Assembly (NCBI RefSeq): GCF_009914755.1 | Contig: NC_060929.1 | Length of the DNA: 64,000 bases | Direction: 5' to 3' (one strand) | DNA from: the human T2T-CHM13v2.0 reference genome, Homo sapiens | Shown: positions 1 to 20,167 of the stretch, in pieces | Position numbering within the stretch: position 1 is the first letter of the stretch | Layout of the letters: every line of letters starts with the position of its first letter | Translations under genes and position numbers: made by a program | Notes under the pieces: generated by a model | Database searches by the model: none | Seen by the model: the letters and a program-made list of their open reading frames with translations, nothing else | What the model was told of the DNA's origin: nothing

Positions 1-279
1 GACATACGGACATGGCAATGACAAAGCACAATGTTCCCTCAGTGCTGCCATGAACACTTAAATCACCAATTGCCAACATAGCCAGAAAATTGGTAGAAGA
101 ACTATACAGTTTTACAGACTCATCAGTTACTTTGTCATGTGCCTTAGTAAATAAGGTAACTTCCAGACTGAGAGGCTGAGCACTAGAGCTCATAAATGTT
201 TATTAAAAATCAATATATGATTTTTAAAAATAGATAAATCCTTGAACTTCCAGTTAAATATGAAGAATTGAACATACTT

Positions 280-1795
280 TGTTTCTACTGTCTCTCTTGA
301 AATTCATTAAAATGATGGAGAAAAGATTTAAAGCTCGTAAGAATAAAGTAAGTCCAAGAAGCAATAACACAGACTAAATTTTGGAAGCTAGGAAGAGGAT
401 TAGGGAACAAGAAAAGTCCCAAATCAAAGAAACTGGAAGCTAGCTTTTTTTGGACCTTAGAATCCAAGAGATTCTCAGAAATTGGAGTCATCATAGCATG
501 CAATTGAATTTGATACAGGAGGACTGTTAAAGAATTTGTATAACATGTTATTGAAAACACAGATTCCCTCCTCCATTCCCACAGATAACTTAGAGATTAA
601 ATCAGGGAGACTGTATCTATATAAAACCCAGGCAAGTTGAAAAACAGAAGGATTAAGTGAATGTCTGTATACTGAACAATAAGATGCATGGGTCCTCTCT
701 CCTATTTGTCTCCAAGAACACCAGCAGACTTTAAATATCTTAGATAAGAAGTTAAAAGAATCATCTCTGAATTAACTGACCAGCACAAGTTAGGGAAAAA
801 TAAAACTACAATAATAATTGAAATTCCATTCCTGAAAGACCCAAGCCAAATAACCCTTCGGTGAGGGCCACCAATCAGCAACCTACATCTCTGCCACAAA
901 CATATACACACTTAAATTGACACACAACACTTCCAAACAGCTTTCTAGTGCCTCGCTCTTCAATGTGAACAGGTAGACAAGCAACATCAGATATTTTAGA
1001 AAAGCCTCCTACATGAAACAAAGACCAAAATGAACTGGAAAGTCAGAAACAGATGTCTTAAAGGGAGCCTGATATTTTACTTATTGTCTTTAAAGATGAA
1101 GAAAAAAATACTATATATATGAAAAAAAGAATGGCAAATTTTAAAGAAACACTCAAAGATCAAGAAAAAACTCTTGGGAATTAAAAATAAGATAGAAGAA
1201 ATGTCAAGAAGAATTAGAAGAAGTGGTTAAAGAAATCTCCAGAAAGTAGAGCAAATAAAAAAATAGAAAATGGGAAGGAGAAAAAAAGAAAATTTAACAA
1301 TGAGTCCAGGATGTCTACCATCCAAGTAACAAGAGTTCCAGAAAGAGAGACAGGAAATAAAGGAGAGGAAAGGAAATAAAGGAAATTATCAAATAAATCA
1401 TGCACAAAATGTTTCAGAATTGATAAAGTTAAATTTCCAAATTGGGAGTGGTTAACACAATAGACAGAAAAAGACTCACGCTGAAACAAAAGTGTATCAT
1501 CATGAAATTTCTCCACATAAGAGATAAAAATACATACACTAGAAACTTTCAGAGAGATAAATAAAGCAGGCAACAAAGAAAGGATAAGGCATCATAATGG
1601 CATTAAACTTCTAACTGGAATAAAGTATGCAATAGAGAAATACCTTCAATATCCTGAGGGAAAATTACTTCCAACCTCAAAGAACTCTAAGATAAAAATA
1701 AAGATACTTTTAGATATATAAATCATCAAAAATCTATTTTCCATGTGTTCTTTTTCAAGATCCTGAAGGAGATACTTATCCAAATTAGAGACTAA
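280..1795 (+). mobile_element. Ancient L1 (HAL1/L1ME-like) 5'/ORF1 region, left part
   Basis: Degenerate A-rich ORF1-like sequence (e.g. agagttccagaaagagagacaggaaataaaggagag..., aaaattacttccaacctc). Resumes at ~14535 after the MLT1/L1 insertions. Confidence 0.6.
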
Positions 1796-1800
1796 CCCAC

Positions 1801-2166
1801 TGTATTAGTGTTCTATTGCTGCTATAACAAGTTACCACAAACTTAGTGGTATAAAACAACTTATTATTTTACAGCTCTGCAAGTCAGAAGTCCTAAAATC
1901 AATGTGTTAGCAGCCAGCAACCTTGCATTCCTGCTAGAGGATCTACAGAAAATCTTTTTTCTTGCCATTTCCAGCTTCTAGAGGTTGTTCTCACTCCTAG
2001 GTCCATGGCCCTTTCATCTGTCTTCAAAGCCAACAGCATAACATCTTTGAATATCTCTGACTCTGATACTGACTCTCCTGCCTCACTCTTTCACTTATAA
2101 GGACTCATGTAATTACATTGGCCCCACACAGATAATCCAGAATAATATCCTCAAGATCATTAATCA
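1801..2166 (-). mobile_element. MLT1D-like MaLR solo LTR, left part (split by L1PA8)
   Basis: Begins tgtattagtgttctattgctgctataacaagttaccacaaacttagtgg. Continues at 14431-14529. 5-bp TSD cccac (1796-1800) / cccaa (14530-14534). Confidence 0.85.
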
Positions 2167-3097
2167 GTGGACAGCAGCGATCAGAGGCTCCCAACGAAAA
2201 AAAAACAAAATAAACATGTGAATCCTTCACCAGCAATCAAGGTATCCAGGTTCTCTCACCAGAACTGACTAGGTGGCTGGCGTAATCCACGGAGAGGAAG
2301 AGCAGTGTGGTGTGGCAGCCCACCTAAGAGCCACACAGAGCAGAGGAGCCCCCACCTCCCAACCAAGGGAGGCAGTGAGTGAGCGTGCTACCCAGCCAGG
2401 GAAACCATGCTATTTCCACAGAACTGTGTAACCCAGATCGAAAGATCCCACTCCCAAACCCATACCACCAGGGCCTTGTTTCCCAACCCCAGAGCTGCAC
2501 AGTTCTCAACAGCCTCTCAGCTAGAATCTGCTTAAGCCCACTGAGCTCCTGGGGAAAGGGGCAACCAGTACTACAGCTGTGGCTGCCTGCTGTCTAAGCC
2601 ATTTCAGCTCACTGGGGGAGGGGCAGCAGCCAGCACTGGGACTCACAACTGCCTAACACCCTAACCTCCCTGGGTGGGGGAAAGGCGGCATCCATCTCTG
2701 TAGGTCCAGGCCACACTTTTCCTCTGCTGGAGCCAGGGAGTCTGGATGGCTTGGTCCCAAGACATGTCCTCCACAGCCCAATATACCAGCTGTGGCAGAC
2801 TGCACTCAGAGTGCCTCTTCAGGCCTCATCCTGACTCATCCTTCCTCACTGGGTCGGGCCTCCCTGCAGGAACTCCAGTAACTCCAACCAGATGCTCAGG
2901 GACAGAACCCAGATCTCACTGGCCCTGAGTCCCTAGGGGAAGGGGTGGCCATAGTCTCTGTGGACCAGCAGACTTAGCCTTTCCTCCTGGTAGTTCTGAG
3001 GAATCCAGGCAGCCCAAATGAGTGGGTTACCCCAAGTGATGCTCACCTCCTCCACCAAGGGACAGTTAATGTACTTTGTTAAAAGAGTCCAGTTCCC

Positions 3098-3392
3098 AGA
3101 CGGGCACGGTAGCTCATGCCTGTAATCCCAGCACTTTGGGAGGCCGAGGTGGGCGGATCACCAGGTCAGGAGATCAAGACCATCCTGGCTAACACAGTGA
3201 AACCCCATCTCTACTAAAAATACAAAAACAAAAAAATTTAGTCAGGCATGGTGGCAAGCACCCTTAGTCCCAGCTACTCAGGAGGCTGAGGCAGGAGAAT
3301 GGCATGAACACAAGAGGCAGAGCTTGCAGTGAGCTGAGATGGTGCCACTGCACTCCAGCCTGGGCGACAGAGCAAGACTCCATCTGAAAAAA
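3098..3392 (+). mobile_element. AluY-like SINE
   Basis: Full dimer with Y-type diagnostics (ggctaacacagtga, gaatggcatgaac, gagcttgcagtgag). Very short A tail abutting the L1 5' end. Confidence 0.9.
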
Positions 3393-3700
3393 TGGGGGGG
3401 CCTGCTCCAAGATGGTCAAATAGGAACAGCTCGAGTCTGCAGCTCCCAGTGTGACTGACTCAGAAGACAGGAGATTACTGTATTTCCAACTGAGCCTCCA
3501 CTGGTAATACCCAGGCAAACAGGATCTGGAGTGGACCTCCAGCAAACTCCAACAGACCTGCAGCTGAGGAACCTGACTGTTAGAAGGAAAACTAACAAAC
3601 AGAAAAAAATAGCATCAACATCAACAAAAAGGACATCCACACCAAAACCCCAACTGTAGGTCACCAACATCAAAGACCAAAGGTAGATAAAACCACAAAG

Positions 3701-4479
3701 ATGGGGAGAAACCAGAGCAGAAAAGCTGAAAATTCTAAAAGCCAGAGCGCCTCTTCTTCAAAGGATCACAGCTCCTCGCCAGCAACGGAACAAAGCTGGA
3801 CAGAGAATGACTTTGATGAGTTGACAGAAGTAGGCTTCAGAAGGTCGGTAATAACAAACTTCTCCAAGCTAACGGAGGATGTTCAAACCCATCGCAAGGA
3901 AGCTAAAAACCTTGATAAAAGATTAGACAAATGGCTAACTAGAATAAACAGTGTAGAGAAGACCTTAAATGACCCGATGGAGCTGAAAACCATGGCATGA
4001 GAACTACGCAATGCATGCACAAGTTTCAACAGCCAATTCAATCAAGTGGAAGAAAGGGTATCAGTGATTGAAAATCAAATCAATGAAATAAACTGAAAAC
4101 AGAAGTTTAGAGAAAAAAAGAGTAAAAAGAAACAAACAAAGACTCCAAGAAATATGGGACTATGTGAAAAGACCAAACCTACATTTGACTGGTGTACCTA
4201 AAAGCGACGAGGAGAATGGAACCAAGTTGGAAAACACTCCTCAGGATATTATCCAGGAGAACTTCCCGAATCTAGCAAGGCAGGCCAACATTCTAATTCA
4301 GGAAATACCGAGAACACCTTTACAGACAAGCAAATGCTGAGAGATTTTGTCACCACCAGGCCTGCCTTACAAGAGCTCCTGAAGGAAGCAATAAAGATGG
4401 AAAGGAACAACTAGTACCACTGCAAAAACATGCCACTGCATGTTTCACGTAGCCACTACAAAAACATGCCAAATTGTAA
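3701..4479 (+). pseudogene. Disrupted L1 ORF1p (inner L1)
   Basis: MGRNQSRKAENSK... ORF 3701-4000 ends at a premature stop; internal deletion near 4318. Confidence 0.9.
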
Positions 4480-4542
4480 AGACTATCGATGCTAGGAAGA
4501 AACTGCATCAACTAATGGGCAAAATAACTAGCTAACATCATA

Positions 4543-8346
<3,804 letters not shown>

Positions 8347-10007
8347 ACAATGAGAACACGTGGACACAGGGCGGGGAACATCACACACCAGGGCCTGTCA
8401 GGGGGTGGGGGGTAGGGGGAGGGATAGCATTAGGAGAAATATCTAATGTAAATGACAGTTAATGGGTGCAGCAAACCAACATGGCACATGTATTCCTATG
8501 TAACAAACCTGCACGTTGTGCACATCTACCCTAGAACTTAAAGTATAATAATAATAAAAAAAAGAGTCCTGTTCCCTGTGCCACCCAACTAGGTGAGACC
8601 CTCCTACAGGAGTTGTCAGACTCCCTATAGAGGAGTGATCCTACTGGTATCATGTTTGTGCTCATTGAGGTCAGAAATCCCAGAAGAAGGAGCAGGGACC
8701 CATCTTTGCTGTTCTCCAGCTTCCTTGAATGGCATCTTCAGGCGCGGGAGTGAATCAGATGAATAGGGCCTGAAGTGACCCTCCAGCAAACCACAGCAGC
8801 CCTACAGAAGACGGACCCAACCTTTGAAAGAAAAACAGAAAGCAGAAACAACAAGAACAAAAAAAAGCCCACACAAAACATCCAAGGGTCAGCAGCCTCA
8901 AAGATCGAAACTAGACAAACCCATGAAGATGAGAAAGAATCAACGAAGCAAACACTGAAAATCCAAAAAGCCAGAGTGCCTTTTCTCCCCAAAATTGATT
9001 GCAACATCTCTCCAGCAAGGGCACAGAACTGAACGGAGAATGAGATGGATGAATTGACAGAAGTAGGATTCAGAAAATGGGTAATAAAAAAACTACACTG
9101 AGCTAAAGGAGCATGTTCTAACCCAATGCAAAGAAGCTAAGAACCTTGATAAAACGTTAGAGGCACTGCTAACTAGAATAACCAGTTTAGAGAGGAAAAT
9201 AAATGACCTGATGGAGCTGAAAAACACAGCACAAGAACCTCATGAAGCATACACAAGTATCAAGAGCTAAATCGACCAAGCAGAAGAAAGGATATCAGAG
9301 TTTGAAGACCACCTTGCTGAAATAAGGCATCCAGACAAGATTAGAGAAAAAAAGAATGAAAAGAAATGAACAAAGCGTTCAAGAAATATGGGACTTCACA
9401 AAAAGACCAAACTTACAATTGATTGGAGTACCTGAAGGAGATGAGGAGAATGGAAACAAGCTGGAAAATACACTTCAGGATATTATCCCCAAACTAGAAA
9501 GACAGGCCAACATGCAAATTCAGGAAATATAGAGAACACTACTAAGATATTCCATGAGAAGATCTACCCCAAGACACATAATCATCAGATTCTCCAAGGT
9601 CAAAATGAAGAAAAAAATGTTAAGGGCAGCCAGAGAGAAAGGCTAGGTTACCTGCAAAGGGAAGCCCATCACACTAACAGCAGACCTCTCAGCAGAAACT
9701 CTACAAGTCAGAAGAGATTGGGGGACCAATATTCAACATTCTTAAAGAAAAGAATTTTCAACCCAGAATTTCATATTCAGCCAAACTATGCCTCATAAGT
9801 GAAGAAGAAATAAACTCCTTTCCAGACAAGCAAACTCTGAGGGATTTCATTACCACCAGACCTGCCTTGCAAGAGCTCCTAAAAGAAGCACTAAATATGG
9901 AAAGGAAAAATCTGTACCAGCCACTGCAAAAACATACCAAAATATAAAGACCAGTGACACTCTGTAGAAACTGCATCAACTACTGTGCAAAATAACCAGA
10001 TGGCATC

Positions 10008-13856
<3,849 letters not shown>

Positions 13857-14048
13857 ACAATGAGAACACATGGACACAGGGAGGGGAACAACACATACTA
13901 GGCCCTGTTTGGGGGTGGGGGATGAGGGGAGGGATCTTAGAGGATGGGTCAATAGGTGCAGCAAACCACTGTGGCACACGTATACCTATGTAACAAACCT
14001 GCACATTCTGCACATGTATCCTGGAACTTAAAATAATTTTTTAAAAAA

Positions 14049-14416
14049 GTAAGCAGTGAAGCACAGACTAGAAATCATGTCTTCTGATTTGACTTACACA
14101 TTTCTCTCCAGATTGAAATACGTAACTAGTATAACCTGTCCCATTATGGACACTAATCAGTGTGCAATCATTGAGATTCATTTGAAGATATTACAATTCC
14201 ATTTAATTTAGCCATTGTTAAAATTAAGTTGCTTAAGAGGCTCATATACATATTTCTTAGTCATTTTGGAGTAGAAATAATTCTTTTAGTGTTGTTATTG
14301 GTGCTGCAGCTGCTGTAGGTTAATCTTATTACAGCTATTATCTTTTGATTTCATTTTGAATTTTCTTCTTTTATATAGATTTTTACCACTAAGAAAAAAT
14401 AAATTCAGTTTAAAAA
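14049..14416 (+). other. Probable L1 3'-transduced sequence ending in AATAAA + A-run
   Basis: Non-L1 sequence between the L1 3' end and the 3' TSD; AATAAA 14398-14403, A run 14412-14418; the host MLT1D resumes right after the TSD. Confidence 0.8.
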
Positions 14417-14430
14417 AAGATCTTTAATCA

Positions 14431-14529
14431 TATCTTCAAAGTCCCTTTTGCTATGTAAGGTGCGTATATACAGATTTTGGGGATTAGGACATGAACATCT
14501 TTTGCAGGGCCATTATTCTGCCTATTATA
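14431..14529 (-). mobile_element. MLT1D-like LTR, right part
   Basis: tatcttcaaagtcccttttgctatgtaagg...gggccattattctgcctattata continues the element broken at 2166. Confidence 0.85.
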
Positions 14530-14534
14530 CCCAA

Positions 14535-15545
14535 GAAAAAAAAGAAGTTCACTTAGCCCAAGAAACAGAGCTCCCAATTTAAAAAAGAAAAAAAAAAAGG
14601 AGGGTGGGATCTCAGAATGATGCTATAATGAAAAATCAACCAGTTCCTATTAGAGCAAGAGAATGGAGAGCACAAAGAGAAATGTTCTCATGAAAAAGTT
14701 GGAATTAATAGACTGCTTAATGTGTTTGAGAGTTTGAAAAGAGATTTATAGTTCTAAGGAAGAATTTGGGTATGAAAAAATGATAGGCAAAAAAATGAAA
14801 TTTTAAAACAAGTAAATCATTAATACTTGAGAAGACAAAAGGATATACAAGAAAGGAAATGCAATCATAACAAACTACATGGTTCAGATGAAAATAATAT
14901 TTATATAGTTATCATAACAAACTCTGAACCATGATCTAATTAAAACTAATGATGTAACTATTTTTAAAGATAGTGGGAGTGGACTGGGCATGGTGGTTCA
15001 TGCCTGCAATCCCAGCACTTTGGAAAGCCAAGATGGACTGATCACTAGAGCCCAGGAGTTCAAGACCAACCTGGGCAACATAGGGAGACCCTATCTCCTA
15101 AAAAAAATACAAAAATTAGATGGGCATGGTGGCATGCACCTTTAGTCCCAGCTACTGGGGAGGCTGAGGCTGCAGTAAGCAGTGATCACACCACTGCACT
15201 CCAGCCTGGGCAACAGAGCAAGACCATGTCTGAAAAAAAAAAAAAAGACAGTGGGAGAGAGGAGATTATAAGAGGGCTAAAATATCATTTTCAATAGAAG
15301 AAATCAAAACACAATGTGTAAAAGTAAAAAATCAAGACATAGTGTATAAATCTATTGTTTTTGAAGTACTAGAGATTAAAAAAATAACTAAAAGATTAAA
15401 AGTGGTTGTCTCTAAAAAACAGAAACTGCAGGTGGGAATAAGTGCAACAAAGGAGAGTTGCCCTTCCTTTTACCTCTTTAGAACTATTTGACCTTTTAAA
15501 CTTTGTATATCTGTAACTTGATAAAAGTAAAATGAAAAAGTACAT
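14535..15545 (+). mobile_element. Ancient L1 (HAL1/L1ME-like), right part
   Basis: Degenerate A-rich continuation of the 280-1795 element; contains an AluJ insertion. Confidence 0.5.
14981..15246 (+). mobile_element. AluJ-like SINE with right-arm deletion
   Basis: gagcccaggagttcaag and gaggctgcagtaagc J features; TSD aaaga(t/c)agtgggag. Confidence 0.88.
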
Positions 15546-15829
15546 GTCTACTAAGAGGATTTGTTGTATTAAAATAGGATATTATATATGCCTTTGCATC
15601 TTTATTCAGAGATGAGAGTGAAACTTCAGAGAGAAAAAAGATGTGAAAGTTGTTTTTCCACATTTGTCTGATGAAATAAGAGGATGCCTCACTTAGGTTT
15701 TATTTTTGTTTTGTTTTATTTTGGCTTTAAGAGAATTTATTTGGTTTCCAAACTTTTTCACAGAGTTGAAAACATTTAATTCAAATTCTTCACAACAATG
15801 AATAAAATATCTACTATTCACTTCCCAGC

Positions 15830-16452
15830 TCCAGTGTCACCTCCTCTGAAAGGCCTTCCCTGGCCTTAGATGGATATCTAAGGTAATATCACTCAACAGA
15901 TACAATCAAGTCACCTTGCTTTATTTGCCTCATAGCACTGACCATTGTCTGACACTTTCTTGTTTATTCCTTGTTTTATTATCTGTCAACATGTGCCTCC
16001 TTCCTCTAATACAGGGGTCCCCAACCCCCAGGCCACAGACCAGTAAAAGTCTGTGGCCTGTTAGGAAACAGGCTGCATGACAGGAGGTGAGCAGCAGGTG
16101 AGTGTTACCGCCTGAGCTCTGCCTCCTGTCAGATCAGCAGTAGGTATTAGATTCTAATGAGAGTGTGAACCCTATTGGGAACTGTGCATCTGAGGGATCT
16201 AGGTTGCATGCTCCTCATGAGAATCTAACTGATGCCTGATGATCTCAGGTGGAACATCTTCATCCTGAAACCATCCCCCCTTCATCTGCGGAAAAATTTT
16301 CTTCCCCAAAACCGGTCCCTTGTGCCAAAAAGGTTGGGGACTGCTTCTGTAGAATGTAAATTACAATAGAGCAAGCTGGTCTGCTGGTCCACTGACCCAT
16401 CCCCCGCATCTATAAGAGTGCTGGTCCTTAATAGGGCTCAATCCGTATTTAA
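15830..16452 (+). mobile_element. L2 3' fragment split by MER1B
   Basis: tgtcacctcctctgaaaggccttccctg ... tagaatgtaaa ... tagggctcaatccgtattt, typical of the L2 3' end. Confidence 0.65.
16012..16346 (+). mobile_element. MER1B-like hAT-Charlie MITE
   Basis: Termini caggggtccccaacc ... aggttggggactgct and a characteristic internal sequence. Confidence 0.88.
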
Positions 16453-16569
16453 CAATTCATATATAATTATGTGACTTAATTCTTTCCCCTACCTCCTTTT
16501 CCAATTATTTCTAAAAGCATATACTTGAAAAATGTATTCATTTTAAATCTACTTTAGAGACTAGACCAC

Positions 16570-16740
16570 ATTTAATGGGAAGAGCATGGGAAATCCTATT
16601 GCCTGGTTTGGAATTCTGACTCCTGTTTTTAGCTGTGTTGGCTGGGTAAGTTACTTAATCATCCTAGGACTTGGTTACCTCAGCTGTAAAATGGTGTTAT
16701 TTATAATAGCTATGTCATACAGTTGTTTGTGGATCATTCA
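16570..16740 (+). mobile_element. MIR
   Basis: Core agctgtgttggctgggtaagttacttaatc...cctcagctgtaaaatgg. Confidence 0.75.
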
Positions 16741-16917
16741 CTTCATTTTCTTAAATTGACAGATAAATCATTTTTTATTTAAGAGAAAGGTAAGTTATTC
16801 CTTCTCTCTCATCCTGTACATCACTCTGAGCAAGGCCAAGATCACACAGAGTTAAGAAAATGGCTTGGCAAATGCTGAGCAGCTTCAGGGAACAGAAGTA
16901 CAGCAAACTTTTTAAAA

Positions 16918-16968
16918 AATGTTTAAAGCTCAGAAAATATTTTTTATATTTTCTGAGCTTTAAACATT
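16918..16968. repeat. Perfect 23-bp inverted repeat with 5-nt loop
   Basis: aatgtttaaagctcagaaaatat-TTTTT-atattttctgagctttaaacatt. Confidence 0.95.
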
Positions 16969-19219
16969 CACATAATCTAGGTGCAATGTGGTCCAGGAAA
17001 AGTTTCTCAAACAAGTGTATCTTAAACAAGAGCTCAGGTGAGAAGTGGGTCAACCTAACCTGAGAGTTTATGCAATATATGAATCATGAAAAGGGGAAAT
17101 CCAAAAAGCAGGAAAGAAAAAACAAAGGACCTAGAAAAGGGAATATTATATCAGAATACGAATAGTGAGCCTCAAAGATATCAACACAAGACAGGCAAAC
17201 AAGAAATGCAGGCAAAGAAATGACAGCAGAGACTTACAGGAAAGCAATAATGACTTTATTAATTTTCTAATCTGTAAGCTATCAGAGACACTAAGGAAAA
17301 CAAATGAGCTAAATTACATTAAATAAAGCTATAATAATTTGCAGCATGTCACCCTCAGTTGAAGAGGGTACTGTAAGGATAAGGAAGAGTTCACCTAGCT
17401 CTTCACTGTCATCCCCATAGCGTGACTTGTTCTTGAGGGTAAAAGACAACAGGTGGTAGCTCTGATTTTTAAAAAAATGTCTTGGGAATTTCCATAATAT
17501 CCCATGGCAGGGACAAAGGAATGCTTTGAACTGGGAAACAAATAACTAGAACCAATGAATTTTTTCAGAAGAAAGTATCTAATTTCCTGCAGATATCCCC
17601 AGAGTCTGCCTCAAGAGAAGGACATTACCTTCTGTGCCCTTCATAGGGAGTATCACTGCAAATAACTAAATAATCTCCATTGGCAGAGCATGATCTACAG
17701 ATGTATGTCTTAAGGAGACAACAGAGTTAACATATTTTCAGCAATCCAAGATATCACAGACTCAGGGATTCCCCAAAGGTGATTGTTTAGCTGAGATAAC
17801 ATTACTTCTCATTTGTTTGTAGGCCACAGGCCAGAGTAATGGGGCAGGGGAGGGGGGAATGCTGAGTGTTACTTGAATTGCTTCTGTTGGACCAGGAAAA
17901 ATTGCATTCATTTTGCCATCAATAGAGTGGCTGGAACTTTAATGGGTTTTTAAGAGTTAGGCTCTTATTCAGTGCCTGCTGAGGCTGCTGCTCTTAAAAT
18001 AAGACTATGCTGAACATTTTGTCAGAGTAGCAGTTGTCTGTGCAATGAGCGTGAAGCAGGAGGACACAAGATGTTTTAGGGAGCTTGGCATTTACTCATT
18101 ACGTAAACTTTTATAGAACATTTGTTTTTTGCAAGGTGTTACGCAACATACTTGGGAAGTGAAGTAAATAAATAAACTTATTTACATCCAGTCCAGTGGG
18201 GAAAGCAGACAAGAAACAGACAATTAGAGTTGGTAAGTGCTAAGAGAAGGTTAGTGCCAGGTTCTAATGAGGTTGTTATTCATCTGACCCTTGCCACAGA
18301 GACCCAAAGACTCCATCTAGGTCATATACCACTGACCACAGAGGGTACAAGGCAACTCAGCAACTCAGATGAGACTTATTAGCACCAACAAACAAACAAA
18401 AAAAGAAAACTCAAAATGTATCTCCTACTGATACTGGCTCAAGAACATCAGCACTGAATATTTAATATATACATTATATCAGTAATAGAAATTGGTAAGA
18501 TGGAACTCTTGCTTGGGCCTATTTTCAGGCAGTGATACAAGAAAAAGACAGCTAATGATAAATGGTATTACACAGAAAAGAGGACAATACACTGATGACA
18601 GTGGCCTCCCCTCCTATTACCTCCCCCAGCCTCCCTCTACCCCATGCCAACAGCTTCCACTGGTATAACAGAAAATCAAAGGGAATTTTTACATAATGTA
18701 TTTCAACTCTTTCCCTGACACTTTGCTATTAGGAACACTGCAAAGTGTCAATTGGGTCAGCTAGAAGTAAATTGTACTATGAAGTTGTATTTTTTGAGAT
18801 TTTCCTGTTTGGGTATTTATTATGTCCTTCTGCTTTATTTAGTGTTTGTGTTTTGTAGACATGCCTGAGAGTCCAATGTGACAAATTTTGAAGACAAGTT
18901 CTGAGATGGAAAAGGAGGTTTCTAGGCCTAGATCTATGGACAATTCTGATAAAGATAGTGATAAATGATTATAATTTTCCAAGTATTTTGCTGTTCTAGT
19001 GCAATAAGAGACACTGATTTTTTTTTAAAAAATCAATCTTTCCAACAAAAGCTGCTTATTAATTAGTTTTACATGGCCTGGTGGTAATCCAAGTTGCTAT
19101 TACATTGTGGGTGGTTTGAGGCAAAGAACTTAAAACGGCAGTGATAGCTCCAGCAAAATTGAAATAAACACTGAACCATAAGTGACAGCTATTTAACAAG
19201 TAGAGATTCTGATCTTTTT

Positions 19220-19330
19220 TATTTTTAATTTTTGTGGGTACACAGCAGGTGTATATATTTACAGAGTGCATGAGATACTTTGATATGGGCATGCAATGCA
19301 TAATAATCACCATGGGAAATGGGGTATCCA
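19220..19330 (-). mobile_element. Short L1MA-like 3' end inserted in the pseudogene
   Basis: tttttgtgggtacacagcaggtgtatatattt...; TSD tctgatc(t/a)tttt at 19208-19219 and 19331-19342. Confidence 0.82.
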
Positions 19331-19604
19331 TCTGATCATTTTAAATGGCAATGGGAATCCTAGAACAGAGTAAAGCTTTCAGTAAAAAGGCCCAGGAAGC
19401 AAACTATTTAGTAATAGAACTTATTTCCTAGAAAAGGAAAAGCTACACAGTTGATGAGAACATATTAAGACTAGCATGTAAAATTATAGCACAGTATTAG
19501 GGCAAAATGAGTATGAGAAACAGTACAAGTCGATAACATATTAATGACATACAACATGATGCTCAAGAGGTTTTGAGTAATAAATTTTTTAAAAACTGCT
19601 TCTC

Positions 19605-19911
19605 GGTTGGGCTCAGTGGCTCACACCTGTAATCCCAGGACATTGGGAGGCCGAGGCTAGCAGATCACTTGAGGCCAGGAATTCGAGACCAGCCTGGCCA
19701 ACATGGTGAAACTCCATCTCTACGAAAAATACAAAAATTAGCCAGGCTTGGAGTCATGTGCCTGTGGTCTCATCTACTCAGGAGGCTGAGGCATAAGAAT
19801 CGCTTGAACCTGGGAGCTGGAGGTTGCAGCAAGCCGAGATAGGGCCACTGCACTCCAGCCTGGGCAATGGAGCGAGACTCCATCTCAAATAAATAAATTA
19901 AATTAATAAAT
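19605..19911 (+). mobile_element. AluS (Sz-like)
   Basis: Full dimer, (AAAT)n tail, TSD aaaactgcttctc at 19592-19604 and 19912-19924. Confidence 0.93.
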
Positions 19912-20037
19912 AAAACTGCTTCTCTGTCAAAGTTGGTGAATCAACATATTTCACCAATAAATTAATGCCATAGCATTTACAAGGTTTGTATATAATCATG
20001 AATGTGAGAAAATATTATCTGCTGCAAAAAGTTGCCC

Positions 20038-20167
20038 TGAGGGCAATAAAAATATTCTGGAATTAGTGGTGGTACTTGCACAACCTTATAAATATACTGA
20101 AAATCAACGAACTGTACATTTTTAAATGGTGAATTTTATGGTATGTGAATTATACCTCAATAAAAAC
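20038..20167 (+). mobile_element. Short L1M 3' end
   Basis: ggtgaattttatggtatgtgaattatacctcaataaaa; flanked by aaaag(t/c)tgccc TSD. Confidence 0.8.

Noticed and set aside
16763-16789. 27-nt plus-strand micro-exon (ag|...AAG|gtaagt)
   Set aside because: Strong donor, but the acceptor abuts a MIR and there is no other support; likely chance.
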